Origin: Pseudomonadales bacterium
GTDB lineage: Bacteria > Pseudomonadota > Gammaproteobacteria > Pseudomonadales > Azotimanducaceae
Direction: 5' to 3'
Assembly (NCBI GenBank): GCA_040905125.1
Contig: JBBDSF010000111.1
Location: forward strand, 13,058 to 77,057
Length of the DNA stretch: 64,000 nucleotides
Under the pieces are notes generated by a model, which was not told where the DNA came from, ran no database searches, and was given only the letters and a program-made list of their open reading frames with translations. Shown piece by piece: positions 21,150 through 31,830 of the stretch. Position numbers and translations under genes: made by a program. Each line of letters starts with the position of its first letter. Position 1 is the first letter of the stretch.

Positions 21150-21426
21150 TAACTAATTCAAAGAATTGGAAAAATTGCCTGCCGCCCAGGTTACCGATTC
21201 GACCGTTTGTTCCCCTGAATCGAAGCTGAAATCCCTACAAACATCATGCCAATTGGCCCAAAAATAATTTAAAATTTTTTGCCGCGAACCGCAGTTTGGC
21301 TCAACAACTTTTCTTTCAGGAATTCAAAATCTTAGATTTGTTTCCTAAAAGTCAAGATCATTCCTCCTAAGGTTTCTCCATTTTTCACTCTTTCCTTTCA
21401 ATCTGAATCTGGGTATATTACTTACC

Positions 21427-21503
21427 TCGCTAGCCAAAGCTGTATGTATATACAGTATTCTCTCCTCGGCAGGAAGGATGCAACATACAGCTTGGCTAGC
21501 CGA
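21427..21503. repeat. 77-nt imperfect inverted repeat (about 20 bp arms with two 1-nt bulges, 35-nt centre)
   Basis: The left arm tcgctagccaaagctgtatgt pairs with the right arm acatacagcttggctagccga. It begins 20 nt beyond the cysQ stop. Confidence 0.7.
21440..21455. promoter_or_regulatory. Candidate LexA (SOS) box CTGTATGTATATACAG
   Basis: Exact CTGT-N8-ACAG with an AT-rich core. With flanks, agCTGTATGTATATACAGTA matches 17 of 20 positions of the gammaproteobacterial consensus TACTGTATATATATACAGTA. Intergenic location. Confidence 0.5.
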
Positions 21504-21522
21504 GACCAATACCGAACTCTCC

Positions 21523-22386
21523 CTACCCCAGCACCCGCTCCCAGCCGTACGAATCGTCACCGATGACATAAAAGTGTGGATTTAACAGGTCCTCGCCGGT
21601 GTTGTAACGCAGAGGACTAAACGACGTGTCCACAACGCGCCCGCCAGCGGCTTCCACGACCGCCTGAGCGGCCGCTGTGTCCCACTCCGAGGTGGGTGCC
21701 AGGCGGGGATAGAAGTCGGCCTGACCGTCTGCGATCAGACAAAACTTCAATGAGCTGCCCATGCTCTTTGTTTCCACCCGGCCAAACGTTGCCTCCAGGC
21801 GTGCCATGCAGGACTTCAAGGCGTCGCCGCCATGACGCCGGCTGGCGACCACTGTGAGAGGCTTGTCCTGTTTCAGGTGTGCCATCAGATTGCGGGCTCG
21901 CAGCTCTCGACGATGACCGCTTTCCTCGACAAATGCCGTACCGGATTCGCCTGCCGCTCCTCCCTGAAACCCGGCATACAGCACATCCTTGACCGGGACA
22001 AAGACGACTCCCAGCACGGGTCTATTGTTGTCGACCAGAGCCACATTGACTGTAAATTCACCATTGCGGCTGACGAATTCCTTCGTCCCGTCAAGAGGGT
22101 CGACCAAAAAATAGCGCTGCCAGTCTTTCCGTACGGACCAGGGAATATCATCGGATTCCTCAGATAGTACCGGTATATCCGACGCCAGTTTCTCAAGGCC
22201 GGCAACGATGACACGGTGGGCGGCGGTATCAGCAGCCGTCAAGGGTGAGTCGTCGGCCTTGGTTTCAACGTCAAAATCCGTTCCTTCATAAACTTCAATG
22301 ATAGCCGCGCCAGCGTCGCGACAAATCGAAGCAACGCCATCAAGTAATGTTTGCATTGGGTAATCGACTCTTGCCAAAAGGTCCAT
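21523..22386 (-). CDS. cysQ: 3'(2'),5'-bisphosphate nucleotidase CysQ
   Basis: Inositol monophosphatase fold: EESD..., FLVDPLDGTKEF and WDTAA motifs. An alternative start at 22356 (MQTLLDG) is possible. Confidence 0.85.
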   Translation of the reverse strand: MDLLARVDYPMQTLLDGVASICRDAGAAIIEVYEGTDFDVETKADDSPLTAADTAAHRVIVAGLEKLASDIPVLSEESDDIPWSVRKDWQRYFLVDPLDGTKEFVSRNGEFTVNVALVDNNRPVLGVVFVPVKDVLYAGFQGGAAGESGTAFVEESGHRRELRARNLMAHLKQDKPLTVVASRRHGGDALKSCMARLEATFGRVETKSMGSSLKFCLIADGQADFYPRLAPTSEWDTAAAQAVVEAAGGRVVDTSFSPLRYNTGEDLLNPHFYVIGDDSYGWERVLG

Positions 22387-22451
22387 TGAACACTAACTTG
22401 CCCTCCTGAATAAAGCCATTACCGGACAGCGCTGTGGTGGAGGTTTTTTGG

Positions 22452-22835
22452 ATGGAGAAAGTAAGGCTCGACAAGTGGCTATGGGCCGCACGGTTTTTCA
22501 GAACTCGCGCCAAGGCCAAGGAAGCGATTGAAGGTGGCAAGATCAACATTCGCGGAGGCAAGGGCAAACCTGCCAAGGAGGTACAGCTGGACGACCAGTT
22601 GATAATTCGTCAAGGTTGGGATGAAAAAACCGTGATTGTCAAAGGGCTCTCCGATCAACGACGGGGGGCATCGGAGGCGCAACGGCTATATGAGGAAACA
22701 CCGGAAAGCGTGGCCAGGCGCACTCTCGAGGCTGAACGGCGAAAAGCAGCCGGACTGCAGGTATCTTCCTCGGGTCGTCCAGATAAAAAGAAACGGCGCC
22801 AGATTCACCAGTTTCGCGAGAAAAATCTGCGCTGA
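22452..22835 (+). CDS. hslR: Ribosome-associated heat shock protein Hsp15 (S4 RNA-binding domain)
   Basis: [32 protein letters not shown]4 motif and a basic C-terminal tail. ATG at 22452 preferred over the GTG at 22434. Confidence 0.85.
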   Translation: MEKVRLDKWLWAARFFRTRAKAKEAIEGGKINIRGGKGKPAKEVQLDDQLIIRQGWDEKTVIVKGLSDQRRGASEAQRLYEETPESVARRTLEAERRKAAGLQVSSSGRPDKKKRRQIHQFREKNLR

Positions 22836-22983
22836 CAGCAGTTCCGATTTCAAGTACACGCCTTTATTTGGCATAATTCGCCTTTACTTTTCCGTGCACC
22901 GGCACCCAAATCGGCGAAAAGCCACTTTATCATTGGTAATCGACGGCCGGTACTTAAACCGTTTACCTGACAGGAACAACATA

Positions 22984-24543
22984 ATGCAAGCAATTGATGA
23001 TGCTGATACCACCAATGTCTTTAACGATCTAAGCACAGCACATCTGGTGGAAATGGCACTCTGTAATGGAGAAGGGCAGCTGGCAAGCAACGGTGCAATT
23101 GTTACCTACACCGGCGAGCGAACTTCAAGACACCCGATGGATCGCTTTATTGTTGAAGAGCCCAGCACCGCGGATGCGATTGACTGGGGCTCTATCAATC
23201 AACCATTTGATCCGAACAAGTTCGATGCGCTATGGGAACGAGTTCGGGAATATCTTTCCGAACACGATAGCTATGTTGCGCGTCTTCATGTAGGTGCCGA
23301 TCCCGACCATTACCTGCCCGTGGAAATGACCACAGAAACCGCCTGGCACAATCTTTTCGGTCAGGCGTTATTTATTGCTCCCAAGGTCTTTAATACCAAA
23401 GGGAAAGAAACCTGGCAGATCATGAATGCAGCCAATTTCATCTGCGACCCGCAACGAGACGGAACTTACAGTGACGGTGCAGTCATCATTAATTTCGCCC
23501 AGCGCAAGGTGTTGTTGGCTGGCATGAAATACGCGGGCGAAATGAAGAAATCCATGTTTTCCGTACAAAACTTCTTACTGCCCGAAAAGGATGTGCTGCC
23601 GATGCATTGTGCTGCCAATGCCGGGGAAGATGGCTCGGTCGCGCTGTTCTTCGGACTCTCGGGTACAGGCAAAACAACATTGTCAGCCGACCCTGATCGA
23701 CGCCTGATCGGCGATGATGAACACGGCTGGGGTAAAGGCACAGTATTTAACCTGGAAGGCGGATGCTACGCCAAATGTGTTGACCTGACAGAAGAAAACG
23801 AACCGGTGATCTGGAATGCAATCAAGTTCGGCGCCATTATCGAAAATGTTGTCATTGATGAGACAACTCGTGTCGCTGACTATAGCGATGTGTCAATCAC
23901 GGAAAATGGCAGGGCGTGTTATCCACGCGAACATATTGCCCTTCGAGTTGAAGAGAATCTTGCCGGTGAACCCGCATCGATAATTTTTCTGACTTGCGAT
24001 GTGTCAGGCGTTCTGCCACCAGTTTCACTTCTGTCAAAACAGGCAGCCGCCTACCATTTCCTGAGCGGCTATACCGCCAAAGTCGGTTCCACTGAAGCCG
24101 GAGGTTCGGGTGGCATCGAATCGACATTTTCTACCTGCTTTGGCGCCCCTTTCTTCCCCAGACCCGCGGGCGTCTACGCCGACCTGTTAATGAAACGGAT
24201 CGAGGAATTCGGCAGCAAGGTCTATCTGGTGAACACCGGTTGGACTGGCGGGCCCGCTGACCAGGGTGGAGAACGTTTTAGTATCCCCACGACTCGACGA
24301 ATTATCAGTGCTATTCAGAATGGTGAGATAAATAATGCAGATACCAACCATCTGGACACATTGAACCTGACGATTCCGAAGGCGATACCGGGTGTGGACT
24401 CCTCGCTACTCAACCCCAGAAATACCTGGTCGGACAAGAGCGAATACGATCGAATGGCATCGAAACTGGCCGGGGAATTCACCGCGAACTTCGAACGGTT
24501 CGATGTTCCGGAAGAAATCGTCAATGCGGGTCCCAGACCCTGA
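22984..24543 (+). CDS. pckA: Phosphoenolpyruvate carboxykinase (ATP)
   Basis: [14 protein letters not shown] and kinase-1a [11 protein letters not shown], followed by IGDDEHGW. Start at the in-frame ATG at 22984. The upstream part of track ORF 22636 overlaps hslR and looks non-coding. Confidence 0.95.
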   Translation: MQAIDDADTTNVFNDLSTAHLVEMALCNGEGQLASNGAIVTYTGERTSRHPMDRFIVEEPSTADAIDWGSINQPFDPNKFDALWERVREYLSEHDSYVARLHVGADPDHYLPVEMTTETAWHNLFGQALFIAPKVFNTKGKETWQIMNAANFICDPQRDGTYSDGAVIINFAQRKVLLAGMKYAGEMKKSMFSVQNFLLPEKDVLPMHCAANAGEDGSVALFFGLSGTGKTTLSADPDRRLIGDDEHGWGKGTVFNLEGGCYAKCVDLTEENEPVIWNAIKFGAIIENVVIDETTRVADYSDVSITENGRACYPREHIALRVEENLAGEPASIIFLTCDVSGVLPPVSLLSKQAAAYHFLSGYTAKVGSTEAGGSGGIESTFSTCFGAPFFPRPAGVYADLLMKRIEEFGSKVYLVNTGWTGGPADQGGERFSIPTTRRIISAIQNGEINNADTNHLDTLNLTIPKAIPGVDSSLLNPRNTWSDKSEYDRMASKLAGEFTANFERFDVPEEIVNAGPRP

Positions 24544-24571
24544 AACTAGATTAAAGTTGCGCGAGCCATGA

Positions 24572-26149
24572 ATGTCTCACTTAAACGATAAGCTGGCTGC
24601 CCTGGCGGACTCTGGCAAACGTGACTTGTTGACATTTAGCCGCGGTATTGAAAAAGAGTCCCTGCGGGTAGACCTGCAGGGAAAACTTGCTACTACACCT
24701 CATCCGCCTTTTTTGGGTTCCAAACTTACGCACCCGCTGATCACCACGGACTATTCAGAAGCACAGCTGGAACTGATCACACCGGTCAGTACGTCTGTAT
24801 CCGAAATGATGTCAACCCTTAACGACATTCACAGGTTCGTCTATTCCGGGCTCCATGACGAGCTTCTCTGGTCGGCGAGCATGCCCTGTGTATTACAAGG
24901 CGATGAAAACGTCCCCATCGCGCAGTACGGGTCTTCAAATCTCGGCAAGCTTAAAACAACCTATCGTAATGGGCTTGGGCATAGATATGGTCGCTCAATG
25001 CAAACGATCAGCGCGGTCCATTACAACTTTTCATTTAGCGATACCTTTTGGAACCAGCTCGCGGGCATGGAAGGCAAGTCTGGCCAGGCGCCCGCGTATC
25101 GGTCCAAACGGTATTTCGATCTTATCCGTAACTTCAGACGTTTCTCATGGTTACTGATTTATCTCTTCGGGTCATCTCCTGCTGTCTGCGACACTTTTGT
25201 CAAGGGGCGGGTACACAATCTGGAAAAATTTGACGCGGGGAGCCTTTACACAAAAGGAGCCACATCGCTTCGCAATGGGGACCTTGGTTACCAGAGCGAT
25301 ACGCAGTCAAACCTCGTGGATATCTGCTTCAACAGTCTTTCAGACTATGTAAGCAGCCTTGTAGAAGCCATTTGTACCCCTTACGAGGAATATCGCAAAC
25401 TCGGCGTTAAAAAAGATGGCGAATACCTGCAAATCAGCCCAAACATTCTTCAATCGGAAGCGGAGTTCTATTCAACGATAAGAGCAAAACGAAATACGCC
25501 CCGTGGAACGAACTTTCTCCAATTGTTGAACGATGAAGGAGTGGAATATATCGAAGTTAGACTACTCGATGTCGACCCCTACGTGCCTCATGGCATCTCG
25601 GAAAAAGAAATTAACTTTCTGGACGCATTTTTGTTGTTCTGTCTACTTGAAGACAGTCCCACGCACGACGATTCACTATGCAAATCCGTCAAGGACAACG
25701 TGATGAGAACCGTTTACCGCGGCAGAGACGGCAATACACTGCTGGACGATCAAAACAGCGAGCGGTCGATCAATGAATGGGGACAGGAGGTTATATCCGC
25801 CATGCAGCCTGTCGCAGACTTTATGGACACAATTCAAGGCGGTGATCGCCATAGTCGAAGTGTCAGCGAGCAACGCGACAAACTCATTAATCCAACTCTT
25901 ACGCCCAGCGCCCGCATATTGGAAGATATGCAAAGTGAATCCATCCCTTTCTTCCGTTTTGCCATGAACAAGTCGCTGGAACACCAGCGTCATTTCCTCG
26001 AAGAGCCCATGTCAAAAGAGGAAATGGAATACTTTGATCGGCTGAGTGAACAATCGCGAGCCGAACAGACCGAAATCGAGCAGCGCGATTCATCCGATTT
26101 CGACCAATTCCTGAAGGAATTTCTGGCGGGCTACGAGTCGCTGCGGTAG
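24572..26149 (+). CDS. gshA: Glutamate-cysteine ligase (E. coli type)
   Basis: 525-aa ORF. RGIEKESLRV, TTDYSEAQLELITP, HYNFS and YIEVRLLD are typical of GshA. Confidence 0.9.
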   Translation: MSHLNDKLAALADSGKRDLLTFSRGIEKESLRVDLQGKLATTPHPPFLGSKLTHPLITTDYSEAQLELITPVSTSVSEMMSTLNDIHRFVYSGLHDELLWSASMPCVLQGDENVPIAQYGSSNLGKLKTTYRNGLGHRYGRSMQTISAVHYNFSFSDTFWNQLAGMEGKSGQAPAYRSKRYFDLIRNFRRFSWLLIYLFGSSPAVCDTFVKGRVHNLEKFDAGSLYTKGATSLRNGDLGYQSDTQSNLVDICFNSLSDYVSSLVEAICTPYEEYRKLGVKKDGEYLQISPNILQSEAEFYSTIRAKRNTPRGTNFLQLLNDEGVEYIEVRLLDVDPYVPHGISEKEINFLDAFLLFCLLEDSPTHDDSLCKSVKDNVMRTVYRGRDGNTLLDDQNSERSINEWGQEVISAMQPVADFMDTIQGGDRHSRSVSEQRDKLINPTLTPSARILEDMQSESIPFFRFAMNKSLEHQRHFLEEPMSKEEMEYFDRLSEQSRAEQTEIEQRDSSDFDQFLKEFLAGYESLR

Positions 26150-26156
26150 CGAACAC

Positions 26157-26756
26157 ATGAATCATCTCGCACACTTCCATCTATCAGCACCGCAGGCTGA
26201 TCTGATTGTCGGCAGTGTGCTTGGCGACTATGTAAAAGGCCGCCTTAGCGGCGATCGCCCGGCGAACCTGGATCTAGGCATCAGACTACACCGAGTTATC
26301 GATGGCTATACGGATCGGCACAGCATCGTTCGCAATAGCTGGCGTCGGTTCGATAAACCGTTCCAGCGGTATGGATCACTCATGACGGATATCATCTTCG
26401 ATTACTTCCTGGCTAACGAATGGCAAACCTTCCATCAAGACCCTTTGTGTCACTTTCATGACAGCATCTTCTCCGTCCTGGATGACTATCAATCGTACCT
26501 GCCAGCAAACGCTCGTCGATGGTCGGAGCGCATGAAGTGTTCCCGCGCAATCACAGCTTACGACAAACCGGAATTCATACATCGATCATTTGTTCACCTG
26601 TCTGGCCGGCTTTCCCGCAACAATCCACTGGGGGACGGGTACGAACAATTTGAGACACATAAAGACGCTTTGCAAGCCGACTTCCACCGCTTTTATCCGG
26701 AAATGATCGATTTTGTCGTGAAATGGAAGCAGCACCACATTCACTTTCCCGGATAA
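26157..26756 (+). CDS. acpH: Acyl carrier protein phosphodiesterase
   Basis: MNHLAHFHLS... N-terminus, HRVIDGYTD, and overall collinearity with my recollection of E. coli AcpH. Confidence 0.8.
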   Translation: MNHLAHFHLSAPQADLIVGSVLGDYVKGRLSGDRPANLDLGIRLHRVIDGYTDRHSIVRNSWRRFDKPFQRYGSLMTDIIFDYFLANEWQTFHQDPLCHFHDSIFSVLDDYQSYLPANARRWSERMKCSRAITAYDKPEFIHRSFVHLSGRLSRNNPLGDGYEQFETHKDALQADFHRFYPEMIDFVVKWKQHHIHFPG

Positions 26757-26803
26757 ACACTTTCAGGGATAATGGCACGTTACACAGGAGACCCGACCTC
26801 TTC

Positions 26804-27313
26804 ATGAAGCTTCCCACATCGAGAACCTTGTTCCTGTTGGTGTTCCTCGGCGCCGTTACCTTTATGGGTATTGCTTTGTACATGGAACATGTCATGAATC
26901 TTCAGCCTTGCCCCATGTGTATCTTACAGCGAGCCATGATGATCGCGGCTGGCCTTGTTGCGCTTGTTGCTGTCATCCACAATCCACGGATAACAGGCAT
27001 CAGGGTCTACGGGGGACTGATCTCCTTGAGCGCCATCATCGGCGCCACGATATCCATTCGACACCTTTGGCTGCAAAGCCTGCCAGCCGACCAGGTTCCG
27101 GCCTGCGGCCCGGACCTGGAATATTTGCTGGACGTTTTCCCCCTGACTGACGTAATAATGAAAATTCTGTCGGGAGACGGAACATGTGCGGAAGTCCTGT
27201 GGAGCCTGTTTGGGATCAGTATTCCTGGCTGGGCCTTAATCGGGTTCGCGGGTTTCCTGGCGCTTGGCGCAGCACTGATTTTTCGCCCCCCGGCTCCAGC
27301 AGCTAGAGGCTAG
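26804..27313 (+). CDS. dsbB: Disulfide bond formation protein B
   Basis: Four TM helices, a first periplasmic CPMC (CxxC) pair and a second Cys pair in loop 2. Start at the ATG at 26804 (CAGGAG SD), not the track start at 26723, which overlaps acpH. Confidence 0.85.
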   Translation: MKLPTSRTLFLLVFLGAVTFMGIALYMEHVMNLQPCPMCILQRAMMIAAGLVALVAVIHNPRITGIRVYGGLISLSAIIGATISIRHLWLQSLPADQVPACGPDLEYLLDVFPLTDVIMKILSGDGTCAEVLWSLFGISIPGWALIGFAGFLALGAALIFRPPAPAARG

Positions 27314-27362
27314 AAGCTGGTTAGGGTTACAATTGCGGCGCCAGATTCTACCGGCCAGAACC

Positions 27363-29243
27363 ATGTTAACGTTGACCGACATCGCATTACGACGGGGCAC
27401 GGAGCTGCTCCTGGAAGGCGTATCCTTTACGGTCCCTCATGGCCGAAAAGTCGGCGTGATCGGCGCCAACGGTACCGGCAAGACGAGCCTGTTCAAACTC
27501 ATTCTGGGGGAGTTGGAAGCCGAACAGGGCAGCGTCGATTACCCTGCCGATATCCGTATGGCGCATCTCGCCCAGGAAGTGCCGGCCACCGAAGACACCG
27601 CCATCCGCTATGTTATCGGCGGCGATGCGCCGCTACTGGCCACCATGGACACTCTTGCGGACGCAGAAGCAAAGGGTGAATTCGGCAAGGTGGGTGAACT
27701 CCATGACAGCCTGGATACCATGGACGGCTATTCCGCCAACTCCCGCGCGGAACAGCTACTGGTTGGGCTGGGCTTCGAGGAAGCGGATTTTGGCCGCCCC
27801 CTGAAAGCCTTTTCAGGGGGCTGGCGTATTCGTTTAAACCTTGCGCGAACCTTGATGTGTCCCTCGGATCTTTTGTTGCTGGATGAGCCTACCAACCACC
27901 TGGATCTGGACGCTATCCTGTGGCTGTCGAACTGGATCAAGCATTACCAGGGCTCCATGCTGCTCATATCCCATGACCGTGAATTCCTGGATGAAACGGT
28001 CGAGGGAATCGCCTACTTCAATCAACAGCACATTGAAATGTTTACCGGCAACTATTCTCGCTTCGAACGCCTGAAGGCCGAGCGGCTCGCCGAACAGCAA
28101 GCCGCCCATGAAAAGCAACAACGTGAGATCGAGCACATGCAGGAATTTGTCCGCCGGTTTCGCTACAAAGCGACCAAGGCACGCCAGGCTCAAAGTCGGC
28201 TGAAGGCGCTCGAGCGCATGGAGCTGATCGCGCCGGCTCACATCGATTCGCCATTTCATTTTCAGATTCCGAAGGCGGACAAGACCTCCAATCCATTGTT
28301 GGTTCTTGACCGGGCAAGTCTTGGCTACGAACATCCGGTATTGTCGGATGTTCGCCTCAGCTTGCTGCCCGGCGACCGGATTGGCTTGTTGGGGCATAAC
28401 GGGGCAGGCAAGTCGACGCTAGTAAAGAGCCTTCGTGGCGAGATTCCAATATTGGGCGGTCATCGTACTCCCGGCGCCAACCTCAAGATCGGTTATTTTT
28501 CGCAACACCAGGTAGATGAACTGGACCTGCAACGGTCGGCATACGATCACATCCACAAACTCGATACCCGTTCTACGGAACAACAGATCAGAACCTTTTT
28601 GGGCGGCTTTGACTTTCGCGGCGATAAAGTCATGGATCCTGTGGCTACCTTCTCCGGCGGAGAAAAGGCGCGTCTTGCCCTGGCTATTGTTGCCTACAGC
28701 AAGCCCAATCTTCTGTTAATGGACGAGCCGACCAACCACCTTGATATGGATATGCGTCATGCGCTGACTGTAGCGCTGCAAGATTTCGATGGCGCCATCG
28801 TGCTTATTTCTCATGACCGTCACCTGCTCGCTAATACCGTGGATCGGTTCTTGCTCGTGGACAACGGCAAAGTGCAACCTTTCGACGGCGACCTGGACGA
28901 CTACCGCGCCCGGTTGCTTGCGCCGGCGAAGCCAAAGCCGCCTGCTACCGAGAAGCCGGCTAAAACCGGGAAACCTGCCAAACGCCGGGATCAGGATCAT
29001 CGCGAGGCTCGCCGGCTAAAAACCCGCATCAAGACTGTGGAGGAACGGCTCGAACGCCTGCAGAGAAAGCTGAGAGAGACTGATGAGGCGCTTGCAGATG
29101 CCACCTTGTATCAGGATGGAGCAGACAGTCGTGATCTAAATAGGCTTCTGCGAGATCAGAGCGGCCTGCAGGAATCCATCGCCCAGCTCGAACAGGAGTG
29201 GCTCAACAAGTCTCAGCAGCTCGAATCCGCGGAAGGCGAGTGA
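27363..29243 (+). CDS. yheS: ABC-F family ATPase YheS
   Basis: Two ABC cassettes (GANGTGKTS / LSGGWRIRL / LLLDEPTNHLD, and GHNGAGKST / FSGGEKARL / LLMDEPTNHLD), no TM domains, and a charged coiled-coil C-terminus. Collinear with my recollection of E. coli YheS. Confidence 0.9.
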   Translation: MLTLTDIALRRGTELLLEGVSFTVPHGRKVGVIGANGTGKTSLFKLILGELEAEQGSVDYPADIRMAHLAQEVPATEDTAIRYVIGGDAPLLATMDTLADAEAKGEFGKVGELHDSLDTMDGYSANSRAEQLLVGLGFEEADFGRPLKAFSGGWRIRLNLARTLMCPSDLLLLDEPTNHLDLDAILWLSNWIKHYQGSMLLISHDREFLDETVEGIAYFNQQHIEMFTGNYSRFERLKAERLAEQQAAHEKQQREIEHMQEFVRRFRYKATKARQAQSRLKALERMELIAPAHIDSPFHFQIPKADKTSNPLLVLDRASLGYEHPVLSDVRLSLLPGDRIGLLGHNGAGKSTLVKSLRGEIPILGGHRTPGANLKIGYFSQHQVDELDLQRSAYDHIHKLDTRSTEQQIRTFLGGFDFRGDKVMDPVATFSGGEKARLALAIVAYSKPNLLLMDEPTNHLDMDMRHALTVALQDFDGAIVLISHDRHLLANTVDRFLLVDNGKVQPFDGDLDDYRARLLAPAKPKPPATEKPAKTGKPAKRRDQDHREARRLKTRIKTVEERLERLQRKLRETDEALADATLYQDGADSRDLNRLLRDQSGLQESIAQLEQEWLNKSQQLESAEGE

Positions 29244-29249
29244 CACCAT

Positions 29250-30512
29250 TCAGCCGGCTGCCTTGTTTGGATCTGCTTCGCCCTCCACGATCGAACGTCC
29301 CAGTGCCGGGAAGGTTGGAATTTCATCGTCCGAAAGCGGCTTCATAGTCTCTTTTCGTTTCATCGCGGCCTCGATATAGGGCGCAAGCTCTTCATTTTTC
29401 TTTCGCTCACGCTCGGCTTCCCGCTCCTTGAATTCAGGCATTACTTCACGGGCAAACAATTCCAGAGATTCGCAGATGTGTTCATGCTTGTTCATGCCAG
29501 CCTGCTGAATGAACGTAACCTGATCCACACCGACATCCTCGAACTTTTTCAGATGTGCTCGCATGTCATCCGGGGTGCCAATTCCCCCTCGTTCCGCCGT
29601 TAACGCCTGGGACATATCGAGCGGATCTTCTTCGAGTTTCTTTTCGCGCATCTCCCGGAATTCTTTAAATAAATCTGTTCGACCGGGCTTGTGCTCGCCG
29701 AAGCCATACAGGGAACCCAGTGCATACCCAAAGAATTCGAAGCCTTCGAGGCCCCGGCTGATGGCCTCCTGGCGGTCCTGATGCAGCGAGAAGCTTGTGA
29801 CCATACAGATATTGGCATTAATGGAGTGTCCAATGGGCACACACTCCTCGCTTTTGATAATGCTGTAGTACTCATCCACCCAGTGTCTCGCCTCAGCCGG
29901 GTCGACGAAAGCGAACGTCAGGGCACCTATACCTAACCTGGCGGCCATCTTGATGGTTTCTCTGTTGGAGCAGGCTACCCAGACCGGCGGATGCGGCCTC
30001 TGCACGGGTTTGGGCACTATGTTGCGGCAGGGCATATCGAAATACTTGCCGTTAAACCCGGGGTACGGGTCCATCACCATCATATTGCAAATCTGTTCTG
30101 TCGCTTCCAGATATTGCTCCCGCTTGCTATCCACTGGAATCTTGAAACCGCCTAATTCAAGAATGGCCGACGACTCTCCGGTACCGAATTCAGCCCGCCC
30201 ATTGGATACGAGATCCAGGGTTGCGATGCATTCAGCCGTTCGAGCGGGATGGTTGTAGTTGGTGATCACCTGACGAATGCCGTGACCAAGGCGAATGTTT
30301 TTGGTCCGCTGCGACGCCGCCGCAAGAAATATTTCCGGGGCGGACGAATGGGAATACTCCTCAAGGAAATGATGCTCGACTTCCCAGGCATAATCGATGC
30401 CGATGCTATCGGCCAGTTCCACCTGCTCCAGCGCGTCCTGAAACAGCTTTTGCTCACTGCCTTCGCTCCATGGTTTCGGCAATTGGTGTTCGTAGAATAT
30501 TCCAAATTTCAT
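29250..30512 (-). CDS. LLM-class (luciferase-like) flavin-dependent oxidoreductase
   Basis: 420-aa ORF. The MKFGIFYEHQLPKPW start and TIM-barrel LLM pattern (AWEVEHHF, LGHGI) are present. Confidence 0.8.
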   Translation of the reverse strand: MKFGIFYEHQLPKPWSEGSEQKLFQDALEQVELADSIGIDYAWEVEHHFLEEYSHSSAPEIFLAAASQRTKNIRLGHGIRQVITNYNHPARTAECIATLDLVSNGRAEFGTGESSAILELGGFKIPVDSKREQYLEATEQICNMMVMDPYPGFNGKYFDMPCRNIVPKPVQRPHPPVWVACSNRETIKMAARLGIGALTFAFVDPAEARHWVDEYYSIIKSEECVPIGHSINANICMVTSFSLHQDRQEAISRGLEGFEFFGYALGSLYGFGEHKPGRTDLFKEFREMREKKLEEDPLDMSQALTAERGGIGTPDDMRAHLKKFEDVGVDQVTFIQQAGMNKHEHICESLELFAREVMPEFKEREAERERKKNEELAPYIEAAMKRKETMKPLSDDEIPTFPALGRSIVEGEADPNKAAG

Positions 30513-30567
30513 AACCGGTCCTGTTGTCCAAGTAATGTGTACATTTTCTAACCAGCATACAAGGTCG

Positions 30568-30581
30568 CAAATTCGAATTTG
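30568..30581. repeat. 14-bp perfect palindrome CAAATTCGAATTTG in the LLM/hemB divergent spacer
   Basis: Read directly from the sequence, 56 nt upstream of the LLM start codon. Confidence 0.8.
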
Positions 30582-30706
30582 TGCCTATTGAATTTCGCTA
30601 CAGGGAAACGAGCTGCGCGGGCGAGCAACACTTTGAATGTACCTGCGGCGACACCCTGGTGTCAATTTGACCTCGCTCAAGCCGTCGGCGAGCGTTTGCG
30701 TTATAA

Positions 30707-31732
<1,026 letters not shown>

Positions 31733-31830
31733 GCTGCGCCCCCATGTTGCCTAACGTATTGTGAAATCCTTTGCGGCGGCTTAGGATAACGCTGAAGTTC
31801 CAATGTGCTATTTCCTGGAGAAACCAAAAT

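Noticed and set aside
20942-21229. 95-aa plus-strand ORF in the rpoD upstream spacer.
   Set aside because: The translation is Pro-rich and low-complexity (PYPPIICTYPFPDPII...). It has no SD, lies in an AT-rich region and resembles no family.
21478-21585. 35-aa plus-strand ORF (MQHTAWLAETNTELSLPQHPLPAVRIVTDDIKVWI) just downstream of the LexA box, plus 9-19-aa ORFs on the minus strand, considered as possible SOS-induced toxin peptides.
   Set aside because: They are not hydrophobic like TisB, DinQ or Hok-type toxins. The SD-like sequences are only 0-1 nt from the ATG. The plus-strand ORF overlaps the cysQ 3' end. They are mentioned only as context in the LexA-box finding.
22387-22451. Sigma32-like CTTGCCC ... 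CCATTA upstream of hslR.
   Set aside because: The spacer is about 10-12 nt, too short for the sigma32 consensus of 13-15 nt.
22636-22983. N-terminal extensions of track ORFs for nine genes, with the track start in brackets:
- pckA (22636)
- HAD (45959)
- porin (49548)
- pstS (52754)
- D-aminoacylase (14610)
- MBL (9873)
- dsbB (26723)
- trxA (31771)
- ihfB-like (60767)
   Set aside because: The extensions overlap the preceding gene or lack protein-like sequence. In most cases the internal ATG follows a recognisable SD, and in all cases it restores the canonical N-terminus or signal peptide.
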